Assembly (NCBI RefSeq): GCF_001194135.2
Contig: NC_068990.1
Span: 82,504,442 to 82,568,441 of the forward strand
DNA length: 64,000 nt
Direction: 5' to 3'
From: Octopus bimaculoides
Lineage: Eukaryota
Part shown: positions 63,640 to 64,000 of the stretch, in pieces
Layout: each line of letters opens with the position of its first letter
How positions within the stretch are numbered: the first letter of the stretch is position 1
Position numbers and translations under genes: made by a program
The notes under the pieces: generated by a model
Told to the model about the DNA's origin: nothing
Seen by the model: the letters and a program-made list of their open reading frames with translations, nothing else
Database searches by the model: none

Positions 63640-64000
63640 AGGGAGAAGGCCAATTGATGGACCGTTATATTCTACTACCTCAAATTCGCAAATTTCGTTA
63701 TAGGTTGTTGAGAGAACACGTTGAACCAGAAGTGACTGGAAAAATATACCTTAACAATTGCTACATTTTACCTAATGAAATAAGAGAGAAACTGAAAGAA
63801 TTTTAAATACTATTAATTCAATTTTCAAAACTGTAAAATTCACAATGAAATAGAGCCAAGACCATCTCTCCATTTCTAGACAGTTATTGAAATGTCTAAA
63901 ATTCAAATGGAAGTAACCGTACGCTATAAATGCAAAGACACTAAACATTATCTTCTTTTCAATTCGTTCAATCTGAAAGACATCAGAGTAAGCGCCCCGT
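63640..64000 (+). mobile_element. Penelope-like reverse transcriptase remnant (runs off window)
   Basis: KIYLNNCYIL (decayed RYLDDCFIL), LNTINSIFKTVKFTM, SPFLD and YKCKDTKHYLLFNS (YKPTDTKQYL.FNS) in PLE RT order across three frames. Confidence 0.75.

Overview
AT-rich, gap-riddled eukaryotic draft-genome window dominated by microsatellites and decayed mobile elements. The SINE families and repeat landscape point to a cephalopod (Octopus-like), which is an inference. I cannot support any intact host protein-coding gene; nearly all ORFs in the supplied track are microsatellite, N-gap or antisense-repeat artefacts. Recognisable elements: many tRNA-derived SINEs (three or four families), 3' ends of CR1, RTE and R4/Dong-type LINEs, a full-length decayed mariner, and three remnants of Penelope-like elements (RT and GIY-YIG). 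The most striking unexplained structure is a set of about 11 minimal type I hammerhead-ribozyme-like motifs in five unrelated short repeat families. They include two tandem dimers whose predicted cleavage sites are 334 and 352 nt apart (retrozyme-like, potential circular RNAs) and a tRNA-headed SINE ending in a hammerhead-like tail. A 263-bp near-perfect hairpin and a few exon-like or pseudo-coding frames are also noted. All motif calls were made by eye, without database searches or folding software.
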